Of a DNA stretch of 64,000 bases, positions 18,653-29,469 are shown piece after piece. How positions within the stretch are numbered: the first letter of the stretch is position 1; the number at the start of each line of letters is the position of its first letter. The notes below the pieces were generated by a model. The model searched no databases. It saw nothing but the letters and a program-made list of their open reading frames with translations, and was not told the DNA's origin. The translations under genes were made by a program, and so were the position numbers. Source of the DNA: Bacillota bacterium (GTDB lineage Bacteria > Bacillota_I > Bacilli_A > RF39 > UBA660); NCBI GenBank assembly GCA_015059335.1, contig SVAP01000001.1, positions 66,244 to 130,243 on the forward strand, in the 5' to 3' direction.

Positions 18653-21600
18653 ATGAGTAAATCAGATTTGGATTTAATATTAAGTGGAAATTATAAACCA
18701 TCATTTAAAACAAAACAAAGTAGTGCCAAGACTAATGATTTAAATAAAATTTTAAGTGGTACATATAAGCCAGAATTTAATAAAAATGATTATACTAACA
18801 TAACTAAAACAAATTACTCAAAAACTCAAAATAACAATAATAAATCTTTTGACTTTTCAGTTAATGAAAAGCTTTCCAAACAATCACTAATAAATGAGTA
18901 TAAGGATTTACAGAAGCAACTTGCAAATTATGATAGAAAAGAAAAAACAAAATGGTGGGATTCCGATAAAAATATATTGGAAAACTCAGGTAACGTACTT
19001 TATAAATTATTTGTAGAAGACCAAGATAATAAATATAAAAATGATGAAGAATATAATGAATTATTAAACAGATATAAAAGTATTAAAAAACAAATAACAG
19101 ATGAAACTGTAAAAGAAGAAAGTAAAGACCTTAGCAATACAGAAAAAATTGGATATACTCTTATGGGTAATTTAGAAACAAGTTTAAAAGGTATTGAAAG
19201 TACTGTTCAAAAATTTACAGGACAAAATCGTGATAATTCAGAATTATCATTTGGTGAGAGAATGGCACAAGAATCAATTGATCAATCATCTGGTGCAGGT
19301 AAAGTCGGATTAAACATATTAGGTTCTACTGCAAGAATGATACCACAAGTGGCAGCAGGAAGTCCTGTAGGTGCTAAACTTATTGGTTTTGCTAATTATG
19401 GTGGAAGTGCATATAACGAAGCAAAAAGAGACGGATATGATGAAGATAAAGCAACAAAATATGGTGTTGTAGTTGGTTCCTTAGAAACTGGTTTAGAATC
19501 ACTATTAGGTGGTTTTGAAAGTATATATGGGAAAAGCATAGGTGGAAAATTAACAAATAAAGTAATGAAAAACATTGTTAAAAATGATACCTTTAGAAAA
19601 ACTGTAAGTGGAATTTCAGGTGAATTTACTGAAGAATATTTACAAGAATTTCTTAACCCCATTGTTAAAAATATAGTATTAGAAGAAGAAAATGGTGCAG
19701 ATTTCTGGAATACAATGCAAAAAGATTTTAAGCAAGGTGTAAAACAACTATCTTCACAACTATTTAATTCCCAAAATCTATATTCAGGTATGATGGGTGC
19801 TATGACATCTGGTGTTATTAGTGGTATAAATAATCTTTCAACTGCAACTAATAATAGAACACAACCAAATAATGTAAAAAACAATATAATATCAACCCAA
19901 AACATAACAGATAATACAAATAATAGTTTGGAAGCAAAAATGTCTGAAAATGTCTTAAATCAAGTTCAAAACAATATAAATAATTATCAATATCAAAAAA
20001 GTAATAATATTAAAATAGATAATTTAAGAAAAAGTGCAAGTACCTATTTTGATAATAGTACCGAAACTAAGAATTTAATAAATACTTATGAAAAAATTAT
20101 TACTGATAAAAATTATAATGTTATATTTGATAATACATTAACCAATAATAGTGGTAATATTGTTGATGCAAAAATAAGTACATTAGATAATGGTGAAACT
20201 GAAATAAGAATTAACCCCAACTCAACTAGAGCTGGGGAGTTTTTGATTATGCATGAAGTAACTCATGCCATTGAAACAGATGAAATCAAAAATTTAGTTA
20301 TAGACTATGCTTCTAAAAATAGTGAGTTTAATAACGCATTAGAAAGTTTAAAACAAACATATAATACTTCTGATGTTTCTAGTGAGGTATTAGCTGATAT
20401 TTCGGGTCAATTATTTGGTAACCAAGAATTTATAAATGAATTATCTATACAAAAACCTAATGTATTTACAAGAATATATAATAAAATAATTGAATTAGCA
20501 AATAAGATAACTGGTAATTCAAAGGAAAGTTTATTTCTTAAAGATTTAAAAAACAAATGGGAAAATGCCTATAGAACACAAAACAATATCCTAAATGATA
20601 GTAAATATATGATGACAGGCGTAAAAGGTTTAAAGAACGCAATCAAAAGTAGTGCTGATAATCAATGGTTATATAATAATTATAACAAGTCTAAAATTTT
20701 GAGAACAAAAGGTTATGATAATAATATCATTAGACAAAAAACAGGATGGTTTATTGGAACAGATGGTAAAGAAAGATTTGAAATCAGCGATAATGAAGCA
20801 CAAATTAATGGAAACGTTAAAAAGAATGCCAAATATAAATTAGATGAAATACTGAATCATGATGACTTATATGAATTATATCCTAAATTAAGAAATTCTA
20901 AAATCATATTTAAAGATATTAAAAATTATAATAATAAGGTGGTTGCAGGTCAATATAATCCACTTACTAACTCAATAGAATTAAATAATAAACTATTGGA
21001 CATGAATAACTCTCTAGATAAAGTTAAAAATACATTATTACATGAAATTCAACATAATATTCAAAAAATAGAGAAATTCAATAAAGGTTCTGCTGGAAAC
21101 AAAGGTATAGCTGAATATATTAATAATGCAGGTGAAATAGAAGCGCGTGATACAGAAAAAAGAAGTAAGTTATCATATGCGGAAAGGTTAAATTCTCGAC
21201 CAAAATCCATGAAAACATCAACTAGTAATATTGATAATAAAACAAATATATTATATAATCTTGGTAAGAGAAAGGACATTGATATTGATGAAAATATTAA
21301 AGAAAATTCTTCAAAAAATAAAAGAGATGTTCATAACAGAAAGATGCCTAGTGATAGAGGAGGACGAGAACTAAATAATAGTTCTTTTTCTTTACCGTCA
21401 AATGAAGATAGTAAATGGCAAGAGCATTTAGAAAGTAATTATAAATCATCAGGAACCAGAACAGATATGAGTAATATCAAAAGCAATAGTTTTATGAAAA
21501 AAAGTATATCAAAAGGAAATTTGCTATACGATATAGATGAAGGTATAATAAAAAGAACTGACAGGAAGCTACAATTGCGACCAACCAGTTCAACTGCTAA

Positions 21601-24600
21601 CAATATACAACAATCTAACAATATTGTCAAATCTAATACATTACCTAATTATTCTATGCAAGAAAATATAAATAATTCACAAGAACTAGAAAGTAGTTCT
21701 TTTTCTTTAACGTCAGATGAAGATAATAATGCTACAAATGAAATACCTAAAGATCCAACTAAAGAAGAAAGTTATAATTATGTTGATAACTACAATGTTG
21801 AAATAAATAATATTAAAAATATGTTATCAAAATATACTTCTTTGGAACGTAGTGAGTTAATTAGCGAAAAAACATATGATTCAATTAATAGTGAATTAAG
21901 AAGATTAGGCAAAGGTTTAGATGATAAAACAATTGATAATTTAACTAATAAAATATTTAAAAATCTTATTGATGGTAAGGATATTAAGAATATAACAAAT
22001 ACTGTGTATAACTTTATCAATAATCCTAGAAAAGCTAAAATTAATGAATATAGAAAACTTGCTTCTAATATGATAGATGATATTGTAGATTGGAATGATA
22101 AAAAAATAGGCCTTTCATATCAAACAGAAACGATGAAAAGAAATTTGTATGATATTATTCCAGATAAAAATAAAGCTAAACAGGTATATGAAACTTATTT
22201 TCAAACAATATCAGAAAACGAGGCAACTGCTAAAAATTTTATAAATGAATATAATGATAAAATCAAGAAATTAGATTTAAATAATAAGGAATCTATCGCA
22301 GTTCAAATGTATGGAGAATATAAATATAATCCAGAAACTACATTAACGGGATTACAAGTTTATGAATATATAGAAAAAAATAATCTTGATTTGAACAAAA
22401 TCAAAAATTCAGTTGAAGTATTTAGAGATACTTATGATGAACTTATAAATAAAGTAAATAATGTATTGATAGAACAGGGATATAAACCTATTGAATACAG
22501 AAAAGGATATTTCCCTCATTTTGTTACTGATAAATCTACTTCTATAATAGGTAAGTTTGCTGAAAAACTAGGGTGGAAAATAAAAAAAGAAAATTTACCT
22601 ACTGATATTGCAGGTATGACTGAAATATTTAAACCAGGTAAACGTTGGACTTCTTTTTCTCAACAAAGAACAGGAGATTCAACTGATTATAATGCTTTAA
22701 AAGGTTTTGATACTTATATTAGAGGCGCTGCTGATTTAATATATCATACAGAAGATATTCAAAAATTAAGAGCATTAGAAAATGAAATAAGATATCAATA
22801 TGCCTCTGACACTATTAAAAAAGAAATAGATGAAATAAATAAAGATAGTGATTTAGATACTCAAGAAAAGCAAGAAGAAATAGATAAGATATTTGATAGA
22901 TTTAATAATCAAATGCCTAACTTTGTTACCGAAATAAGAAGATATACTGATGGTCTAGCTAATAAAAAAGCAATAGATGATAGAAATATGGAACATAAAT
23001 TGAATAGAGAAATATATTCAGTCATGACAAATATTCAAAATCGTGTTAGTGCTAATATGGTCGGATTAAATGTATCTTCTGCATTGACAAACTTTATACC
23101 AATTACGCAAGGTTATTCACAAATAAGTACCAAGAATATGTTAAAAGCTATTAAGGATACTATTAGTAATCAAGTTAACAATGATGGATTTGAGAATAGT
23201 TCAACATTCTTAACCAATAGACTTAAAAATCCTGATAATTTATATAAAACTGGATTAGATAAATTTAATGATAAAGCATCTTTCTTATTTGAAGGAATTG
23301 ATAGTATTACGTCAAATATTCTGGTTAGAGGAAAATATTACGATAATGTAAGTAATGGTATCTCGGAGACAGAAGCGATTAAAAATGCCGATGAATTTGC
23401 TAAAGATGTTATGGCTGGTCGTAGTAAGGGTGAAATGCCTACTATTTACAATGAAAAGAATCCGATAACAAAATTATTAACCTCTTTTCAATTGGAAGTT
23501 AAAAACCAATATGGATATATGTTTAAGGATATCCCTCGTGATTTAAAAGATAAGGGCATGAAAACACTAGTTAGTGCCTTTATGAAAATGTATTTAGGAG
23601 CATGGTTATACAATAAGTTTGCCGAGTCATTGACTGGTAGAAAGAGTGCTTTTTCACCTGTTGACATAGTTGAAGAAACACTTTCTGCTGCTACAAACAA
23701 GAATTTATCTACTTATGACAAATTAGAAAACATTACAACAAATGCACTTCAAGAAGTTCCTTATATTGGTGGTATTCTTGGTGGTGGTAGATTACCTATT
23801 AATTCTGCTATTCCTGATGTTAAAACTTTTGAATATTTTGTTAATTCATTTAGTGATGATAAGGATAAAAAGAAAACTGCTATTAATAATTTGAGAAAGG
23901 AACTAACTAAACCTTTTATGTATATTGTAATGCCTGTTGGTGGTGGTCAAATTAAAAAGACTGTCGAAGGCTTATCAATGTATTCTAAAGATAAAGATAT
24001 AAAAGGTAGTTATACAACATCTGGTGACTTAAGGTTTCCAGTTAAGGAAGATATTTTAAGTAAAACCCAAGCAGCACTATTTGGTCAATATTCAAGTAAA
24101 GAGGCAAGAGAATATTTTGATAGAGGCGAAAAACCTTTAACAGAAAATCAAATTGAGGATTATAAAAATCTTAATGTTCCTATAACAAAATATTGGAAAT
24201 ATAGAAGTGATTTAAGGGAAATTAATAAAATTAAATCAGATAAAGATGAAAATGGTAAATCAATAAGTGGAAGTGCTAGTGGTAAAAAAGCATATGAAAT
24301 TATGAATAATAATTTATATTCTAAAAAAGAAAAGAATTATTTGTTAAGTCAGTTATCAAGTAGTGATAAAGATGAAACAATAGAATCATTAAAAATACTT
24401 GATAATGATAAAGAAGTATATAAATACTATTTTGGTTTAAATACGAAAGGAAGAGAAAATTTTGTAAGTGCTATAAATGATTATGATTTTAGTGCTAAAG
24501 ATTTGTATGATTTTAATACTAGTATTGATAAAGAAGATTCTACTAGAAAAAAAATTACTGTTACTAATTATCTTAAAAATAGTAATTTAAGCGACAAACA

Positions 24601-25018
24601 AATTGCTTATCTATATGAAAAGAGTGGATATTCTAGTGAAGAAAAATTAGATGTATTATTAAACTCTAATATATCACTAAAATCATTTATTGATTTACAA
24701 TTAAGAATAACAGATATTAAGGGTGATACTGATACAAAGAGTGGTGTAGTAGGTAAAACTATATCTGGAAGCAAAAAGAAAAAAGTACTAAAAGAAATTA
24801 ACGAAACAAAAGGTCTTTCAAAAGAACAGAAACTTCTAACTACTTATTTGTTAGGTTATTCTGTTTCTACTGGTGATTTTTCTGGTTATACTACCGATTC
24901 TTCTAGGAAGATAGTATTTGATTATGTTAATAAGTTAAGGTTATCCACAACAGAAAAACGTGATATCTTGGAACAAGCAGGATACAAAATTTATAAAAAT
25001 GGCAGAATAGGTTGGTGA
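18653..25018 (+). CDS. giant virion protein (2,121 aa): tape-measure-like or ejection/polyvalent protein with two zincin-like HExxH motifs
   Basis: Gly-rich hydrophobic TMP-like segment GAGKVGLNILGSTARMIPQVAAGSPVGAKLIGFANYGG; motifs FLIMHEVTHAIE and LLHEIQHNIQ...GEIEARD (gluzincin-like); SD gtggtgatt. Confidence 0.55.
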   Translation: MSKSDLDLILSGNYKPSFKTKQSSAKTNDLNKILSGTYKPEFNKNDYTNITKTNYSKTQNNNNKSFDFSVNEKLSKQSLINEYKDLQKQLANYDRKEKTKWWDSDKNILENSGNVLYKLFVEDQDNKYKNDEEYNELLNRYKSIKKQITDETVKEESKDLSNTEKIGYTLMGNLETSLKGIESTVQKFTGQNRDNSELSFGERMAQESIDQSSGAGKVGLNILGSTARMIPQVAAGSPVGAKLIGFANYGGSAYNEAKRDGYDEDKATKYGVVVGSLETGLESLLGGFESIYGKSIGGKLTNKVMKNIVKNDTFRKTVSGISGEFTEEYLQEFLNPIVKNIVLEEENGADFWNTMQKDFKQGVKQLSSQLFNSQNLYSGMMGAMTSGVISGINNLSTATNNRTQPNNVKNNIISTQNITDNTNNSLEAKMSENVLNQVQNNINNYQYQKSNNIKIDNLRKSASTYFDNSTETKNLINTYEKIITDKNYNVIFDNTLTNNSGNIVDAKISTLDNGETEIRINPNSTRAGEFLIMHEVTHAIETDEIKNLVIDYASKNSEFNNALESLKQTYNTSDVSSEVLADISGQLFGNQEFINELSIQKPNVFTRIYNKIIELANKITGNSKESLFLKDLKNKWENAYRTQNNILNDSKYMMTGVKGLKNAIKSSADNQWLYNNYNKSKILRTKGYDNNIIRQKTGWFIGTDGKERFEISDNEAQINGNVKKNAKYKLDEILNHDDLYELYPKLRNSKIIFKDIKNYNNKVVAGQYNPLTNSIELNNKLLDMNNSLDKVKNTLLHEIQHNIQKIEKFNKGSAGNKGIAEYINNAGEIEARDTEKRSKLSYAERLNSRPKSMKTSTSNIDNKTNILYNLGKRKDIDIDENIKENSSKNKRDVHNRKMPSDRGGRELNNSSFSLPSNEDSKWQEHLESNYKSSGTRTDMSNIKSNSFMKKSISKGNLLYDIDEGIIKRTDRKLQLRPTSSTANNIQQSNNIVKSNTLPNYSMQENINNSQELESSSFSLTSDEDNNATNEIPKDPTKEESYNYVDNYNVEINNIKNMLSKYTSLERSELISEKTYDSINSELRRLGKGLDDKTIDNLTNKIFKNLIDGKDIKNITNTVYNFINNPRKAKINEYRKLASNMIDDIVDWNDKKIGLSYQTETMKRNLYDIIPDKNKAKQVYETYFQTISENEATAKNFINEYNDKIKKLDLNNKESIAVQMYGEYKYNPETTLTGLQVYEYIEKNNLDLNKIKNSVEVFRDTYDELINKVNNVLIEQGYKPIEYRKGYFPHFVTDKSTSIIGKFAEKLGWKIKKENLPTDIAGMTEIFKPGKRWTSFSQQRTGDSTDYNALKGFDTYIRGAADLIYHTEDIQKLRALENEIRYQYASDTIKKEIDEINKDSDLDTQEKQEEIDKIFDRFNNQMPNFVTEIRRYTDGLANKKAIDDRNMEHKLNREIYSVMTNIQNRVSANMVGLNVSSALTNFIPITQGYSQISTKNMLKAIKDTISNQVNNDGFENSSTFLTNRLKNPDNLYKTGLDKFNDKASFLFEGIDSITSNILVRGKYYDNVSNGISETEAIKNADEFAKDVMAGRSKGEMPTIYNEKNPITKLLTSFQLEVKNQYGYMFKDIPRDLKDKGMKTLVSAFMKMYLGAWLYNKFAESLTGRKSAFSPVDIVEETLSAATNKNLSTYDKLENITTNALQEVPYIGGILGGGRLPINSAIPDVKTFEYFVNSFSDDKDKKKTAINNLRKELTKPFMYIVMPVGGGQIKKTVEGLSMYSKDKDIKGSYTTSGDLRFPVKEDILSKTQAALFGQYSSKEAREYFDRGEKPLTENQIEDYKNLNVPITKYWKYRSDLREINKIKSDKDENGKSISGSASGKKAYEIMNNNLYSKKEKNYLLSQLSSSDKDETIESLKILDNDKEVYKYYFGLNTKGRENFVSAINDYDFSAKDLYDFNTSIDKEDSTRKKITVTNYLKNSNLSDKQIAYLYEKSGYSSEEKLDVLLNSNISLKSFIDLQLRITDIKGDTDTKSGVVGKTISGSKKKKVLKEINETKGLSKEQKLLTTYLLGYSVSTGDFSGYTTDSSRKIVFDYVNKLRLSTTEKRDILEQAGYKIYKNGRIGW

Positions 25019-25022
25019 TGTA

Positions 25023-27185
25023 ATGTACAATCAAGCTAAATATGATAATGAACATGTTACTTTAGGTCAGTTAAAGGAAAGTATTACTGAAGTAGAGGAA
25101 ACAATACCTGATTCAAGTGAGTATTCTAAAAACTTTGGTTTAACACCTAAACCACCATATTCTGTTGGAGATACTTGGACAGATGATGGAAGAGTATATA
25201 AATGTGTAAAAGAGCGCCTATATGGCGCTTTTTCTATTTCTGATTGGCAATTGGTTGCTACTGATGATTCTAGTTTTAATCAATTTGTGGAAAATGTTTA
25301 TACTGCATATGAATTATCTATTCCTAATCAGTCAGATGGAAAGATAGAATCATTTTATCAAGATTCAGATCCTAGTGCAGAATGGGATACTGATGTTCTT
25401 AAGGAAATTCATAATGGTGATTTATGGTACTCTAATTCTTCTGGAGTACAGAGAAGATATACTAAAAAGAATACAAATCCTGTGTCTTATTCTTGGGATA
25501 TTGTTTCAGTACCTATGGTTCTATTTAATCTTGTTGATGGTCACAAAAATATTTTTGTTATAAAACCTAGTGAATATTCTAAAGATGATTATTGGGTAAT
25601 AGATACTGAAGAAGATATTCCTAGTGACTGCCAAATTGGCGAGATAGTAATTGCTATTAATGATTCTAATATATATAACAAAGATGACTTTATTAAAAAA
25701 GATTTAAAGACAATAAAGGTTAGTGCTATAGAGGATGAGTACTACAACAAAGAGGAAATTAACATTAAGACTAGTGAATTAGAAAAATATACTGAAACAA
25801 AAATACAACAAGCAAAAGATGAAATTAGTTTAGAAGTGTTATCCACAATAAAACCAGAAATTATTACTATTAAACAAGTTGATGAAGTTCTAAAATTAGA
25901 AAATACTCCTAATAGTAAAGGAGCTATCAAAAAATTATCTATTAAAGGGATTCCTATTATTCCTTTATATCCAGGTATGGCTTATCCTACTCCTTATACA
26001 TATCCTGGGGCATATAATCACTATAATTTGATTTTTAGTAATGATGAGTCATTTAATTCCTATGAGGAACTTGATATTGAAAGTCCTATAATTTTACGCG
26101 CAATTAATATTGATGATGTCATTATTTCTGATGAACTTTTGATTTATGAAAACTATGTGTCAATTGTTCAAAATGTTGGTTATGACAATTATGGTAATTG
26201 TGTTAGTTTAGATGACCCTATTATTCATGAATTAAAAGATATTCTTGTACCTACCTATGATGGTGGAACGTATATTAAACTTAAACATATTAATGTTAAT
26301 GTTGAATTTAATTGTGAATATATTAAGAAAAATGAATTAAGTGATATTTTCACTACTGAAATCGAAACAAGAGCAGCTATTAATATATCAGATCAAAATA
26401 TTAAATCTAAGGTTTCTAGAGGAAATATCATAAGTGAAATTAATCAAAGTCCTGAGTTAATAAAAATAATTGCTGAAAGGATTATGCTTGAGGGTATTGT
26501 TACCGCTAATAATAATTTTAAAGTGTTATTAGATGGTTCAATAGAAGCAAAGAATGGACGTTTTTTTGGGAATGTATATTTACCATCTGGTGGACAAGTA
26601 ATTGGTGGAGATGGTCTTTTAACTAACCTACAATATGAAACAGGACAAGATTTTGAAAGATTAGGATTTACTTATCATTATACTTTAGATAAGTATGTTG
26701 CTAATACTTTACCGTTAAGTGTTTATATACCAGATAATTTTAAGATAAAAGAGGCTAAGGTTACTTTATTCCATATGCCACAACGTATTAATATGACTAC
26801 TATTGACGGTGTGTTAACAGAGTGGTGCTATTCTAGGAATATAAAATTGTATAAAGTTGATTTGACAAATATCTTATGGGATGGATGGGTTGATAGTGAA
26901 TTTTATATGGATGAAAGTAGCAAAATGACAGAAATTATTGAGGCTTTTGGTAAAAATGGGTATACACCACCAATTCCTAGTAATAGTGATTATTCTACTA
27001 AAACTATTGTTTCAGGGGATATAAAGAATTATCTAAAATCTGGTATGAATAATTTGGCATTAAAATGTGATTATGAAGTAAATGATTCTGCTGGTGTGTT
27101 AGAATCATTTATTTCTTATAAGTACTCTGGAAGAGTAATTGCGTTTTTAGACATAGTTGGATATATGTCTACAGAAGAGGAGTGA
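25023..27185 (+). CDS. putative tail fibre/baseplate structural protein (720 aa)
   Basis: position after giant protein; no enzymatic motifs seen. Confidence 0.45.
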   Translation: MYNQAKYDNEHVTLGQLKESITEVEETIPDSSEYSKNFGLTPKPPYSVGDTWTDDGRVYKCVKERLYGAFSISDWQLVATDDSSFNQFVENVYTAYELSIPNQSDGKIESFYQDSDPSAEWDTDVLKEIHNGDLWYSNSSGVQRRYTKKNTNPVSYSWDIVSVPMVLFNLVDGHKNIFVIKPSEYSKDDYWVIDTEEDIPSDCQIGEIVIAINDSNIYNKDDFIKKDLKTIKVSAIEDEYYNKEEINIKTSELEKYTETKIQQAKDEISLEVLSTIKPEIITIKQVDEVLKLENTPNSKGAIKKLSIKGIPIIPLYPGMAYPTPYTYPGAYNHYNLIFSNDESFNSYEELDIESPIILRAINIDDVIISDELLIYENYVSIVQNVGYDNYGNCVSLDDPIIHELKDILVPTYDGGTYIKLKHINVNVEFNCEYIKKNELSDIFTTEIETRAAINISDQNIKSKVSRGNIISEINQSPELIKIIAERIMLEGIVTANNNFKVLLDGSIEAKNGRFFGNVYLPSGGQVIGGDGLLTNLQYETGQDFERLGFTYHYTLDKYVANTLPLSVYIPDNFKIKEAKVTLFHMPQRINMTTIDGVLTEWCYSRNIKLYKVDLTNILWDGWVDSEFYMDESSKMTEIIEAFGKNGYTPPIPSNSDYSTKTIVSGDIKNYLKSGMNNLALKCDYEVNDSAGVLESFISYKYSGRVIAFLDIVGYMSTEEE

Positions 27186-27189
27186 TGAT

Positions 27190-27855
27190 ATGAGTATAGA
27201 TAAATTAAATCTTAAATTTGTTAATTATCAAGGACCAATAATGGATGATATTTTAATGACAAAAATAACTGATAAAATTGATGAGGTTGTTGATGGTGTT
27301 AATAACTGTGATGGTGGAGGAGGAACTGGCGGAAGTTCTGGAAACGAAGTAGTAATAGGAGACGAATCAAAAATAACAGAAGATACAAAGATATTTATAG
27401 ATCCTAATGAAGTATTACCACAAGGGAATGATGTAGTAGATAGTTTAGAGGGTAATGAAACAGATAAAGCGCCTAGTGTAAAAGCAGTTAAAGAGGGATT
27501 AAAAGATGTGTATTCAACAGAAGAACAAGTAATTGGTATATGGAAAGATGGTAAACCGTTATATAAAAAAGTGTTTGATATACCAACAACATTAGATGAT
27601 TCACATTGGTCTTTTTTAGATATACGTTCTATAAATATAGAAACATTAACAGATTTAACTGGAAAAGTAAATGTTACAAGTGATGTAGGAACTAAAATTC
27701 AACCTATACCTCGTGTTGTAATTGATGCTATTTCTCAATATGGTATTGGATATGGAGATATAGACGCTAATAGGATTGGTATTCAGTATGGAAGTGCTTA
27801 CACAAAAATAAATAGTGGTTTTATAACGCTAATATACACAAAAACAACTGATTAG
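27190..27855 (+). CDS. tail fibre protein with Gly-rich hinge and C-terminal module shared with the next gene
   Basis: DGGGGTGGSSGN hinge; C-terminal KDVYSTEEQVIGIWKDGKPLYKKVFD...ITLIYTKTTD paralogous to the C-terminus of the following ORF; SD gaggagtgatgat. Confidence 0.5.
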   Translation: MSIDKLNLKFVNYQGPIMDDILMTKITDKIDEVVDGVNNCDGGGGTGGSSGNEVVIGDESKITEDTKIFIDPNEVLPQGNDVVDSLEGNETDKAPSVKAVKEGLKDVYSTEEQVIGIWKDGKPLYKKVFDIPTTLDDSHWSFLDIRSINIETLTDLTGKVNVTSDVGTKIQPIPRVVIDAISQYGIGYGDIDANRIGIQYGSAYTKINSGFITLIYTKTTD

Positions 27856-27867
27856 GTGGTGAAATAA

Positions 27868-28827
27868 ATGAAATATAAAGATGAAAATGGAAATTGGATA
27901 GATATACACGTTAAAGCAATAGATAATGAACCTTTAGCATGTACTAAAATCTATTTTGGAACAACAGAACCAAATGGATATAAATTTGCCAATGGACAAG
28001 AATTATCAAGAACTGAATATGCAGAACTATTTAAAGTAATTGGAACTAATTATGGTTCAGGTGATGGAAGTACAACATTTAATCTTCCTAATATGAATGG
28101 CAGAGTACCAGTAGGATTAAACGTAAATCAAGAGTGGTTTAATACTTTAGGAAAAACAGGTGGTAGCACAGAATTACAAGAACATAGTCATATTCAAACA
28201 GTTGGTGGATTTCCGTCGGTTGATGGGAACGCTAATGGCTCTACAGAAGCGTATGGATATAGAATAACAAGTTTGGATGTTGAAACTTCAAAAGTAAATA
28301 TGACACTTCCAACAGGTTCTGGAAACACTGGAAACTTACAACCATATATAACAGTAAATTACATAATAAAAGTTAAAAATCTAGCCACACTACCTCCTAA
28401 TGCTGAATTAATAGATGAAAATGGAACACCAAGTGATACAAATACCTATAATGCTAATGCTATTAATGAGTTAGTGAAAGATGTTTATTCAACAAAAGAA
28501 CAACAAATTGGAACTTGGTTAGGTAAACCATTATATAGAAAAACTCTACAATTTACCGATACAGTAGATTCTGCCACTGCATTAGCAAAACCACATGGGA
28601 TTTCTAATGTAGACACAATTTGGATAGATACAAGCAACAGTTTTTTGAAAAGTGGAAATTCCACTTTTCCACTACCACAAGTTTGTTATTATGGTAGTTT
28701 TACAGATAGAGTAGGTGTACACGTCGACATAGAAAATATTAATATGTATAGTGAAAGTGGTTGGGGTTCTAATTGGCTTAAAATAGTAACATTAAATTAC
28801 ACAAAAACAACTGATGAAGAGGTGTAA
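27868..28827 (+). CDS. phage tail-collar fibre protein
   Basis: tail-collar (microcystin-dependent protein-like) motif YKFANGQELSRTEYAELFKVIGTNYGSGDGSTTFNLPNMNGRVPVG; shares C-terminal module with upstream gene. Confidence 0.65.
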   Translation: MKYKDENGNWIDIHVKAIDNEPLACTKIYFGTTEPNGYKFANGQELSRTEYAELFKVIGTNYGSGDGSTTFNLPNMNGRVPVGLNVNQEWFNTLGKTGGSTELQEHSHIQTVGGFPSVDGNANGSTEAYGYRITSLDVETSKVNMTLPTGSGNTGNLQPYITVNYIIKVKNLATLPPNAELIDENGTPSDTNTYNANAINELVKDVYSTKEQQIGTWLGKPLYRKTLQFTDTVDSATALAKPHGISNVDTIWIDTSNSFLKSGNSTFPLPQVCYYGSFTDRVGVHVDIENINMYSESGWGSNWLKIVTLNYTKTTDEEV

Positions 28828-28828
28828 T

Positions 28829-29047
28829 ATGGATAATACAATAATGACAATATTAGGATTTATAGGTGCAATGATTCCAGTTGTAGCAGTAATAATTAAA
28901 CTAAATACCACTATCACTACATTAAATGTAACAATAGAACAATTAAATAAACAAATGAAAAATAGTCAATCTGATAGAAAAGATATACATGACCAATTAA
29001 ACGATCATGAAACAAGAATAACTATTTTAGAAAAAGATAGGGATTAA
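28829..29047 (+). CDS. small TM plus coiled-coil protein (XhlA/holin-associated-like)
   Basis: N-terminal TM helix, C-terminal coiled coil ...NDHETRITILEKDRD; SD gaggtg. Confidence 0.35.
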   Translation: MDNTIMTILGFIGAMIPVVAVIIKLNTTITTLNVTIEQLNKQMKNSQSDRKDIHDQLNDHETRITILEKDRD

Positions 29048-29094
29048 AGACACTATTAATTAGTGTCTTTTCTTATTAGAAAGGGTGATTAATA

Positions 29095-29469
29095 ATGTTC
29101 AAGATAGTAAATAAGGAAATACATTTAACTAGAGGAGATATAGCATGTATAGAAGTAAAAGCAACAAATGAAGATGGTACAGACTATACTTTTAAAGTGG
29201 GGGATGTAGTTAGATTAAAAGTATTCAAGAAAAAAGATTGTGGATGTGTAGAACTACAAAAAGATGTAGAAATAACAGAAGAAAGTACAAGTGTAGATAT
29301 AAATTTAGATGGCACAGAAACAAAAATAGGTGAAGTAATAAATAAACCTACTACTCTATGGTACGAAATAGAATTGAATCCTGAAACAAGTCCACAAACA
29401 ATTATAGGATACGATGAAGAGGGTGAAAAAATCTTTGTTTTATATCCAGAAGGGAACGATAAACTATGA
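29095..29469 (+). CDS. hypothetical tail-associated protein
   Basis: 124 aa; SD aagggtga. Confidence 0.4.
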   Translation: MFKIVNKEIHLTRGDIACIEVKATNEDGTDYTFKVGDVVRLKVFKKKDCGCVELQKDVEITEESTSVDINLDGTETKIGEVINKPTTLWYEIELNPETSPQTIIGYDEEGEKIFVLYPEGNDKL

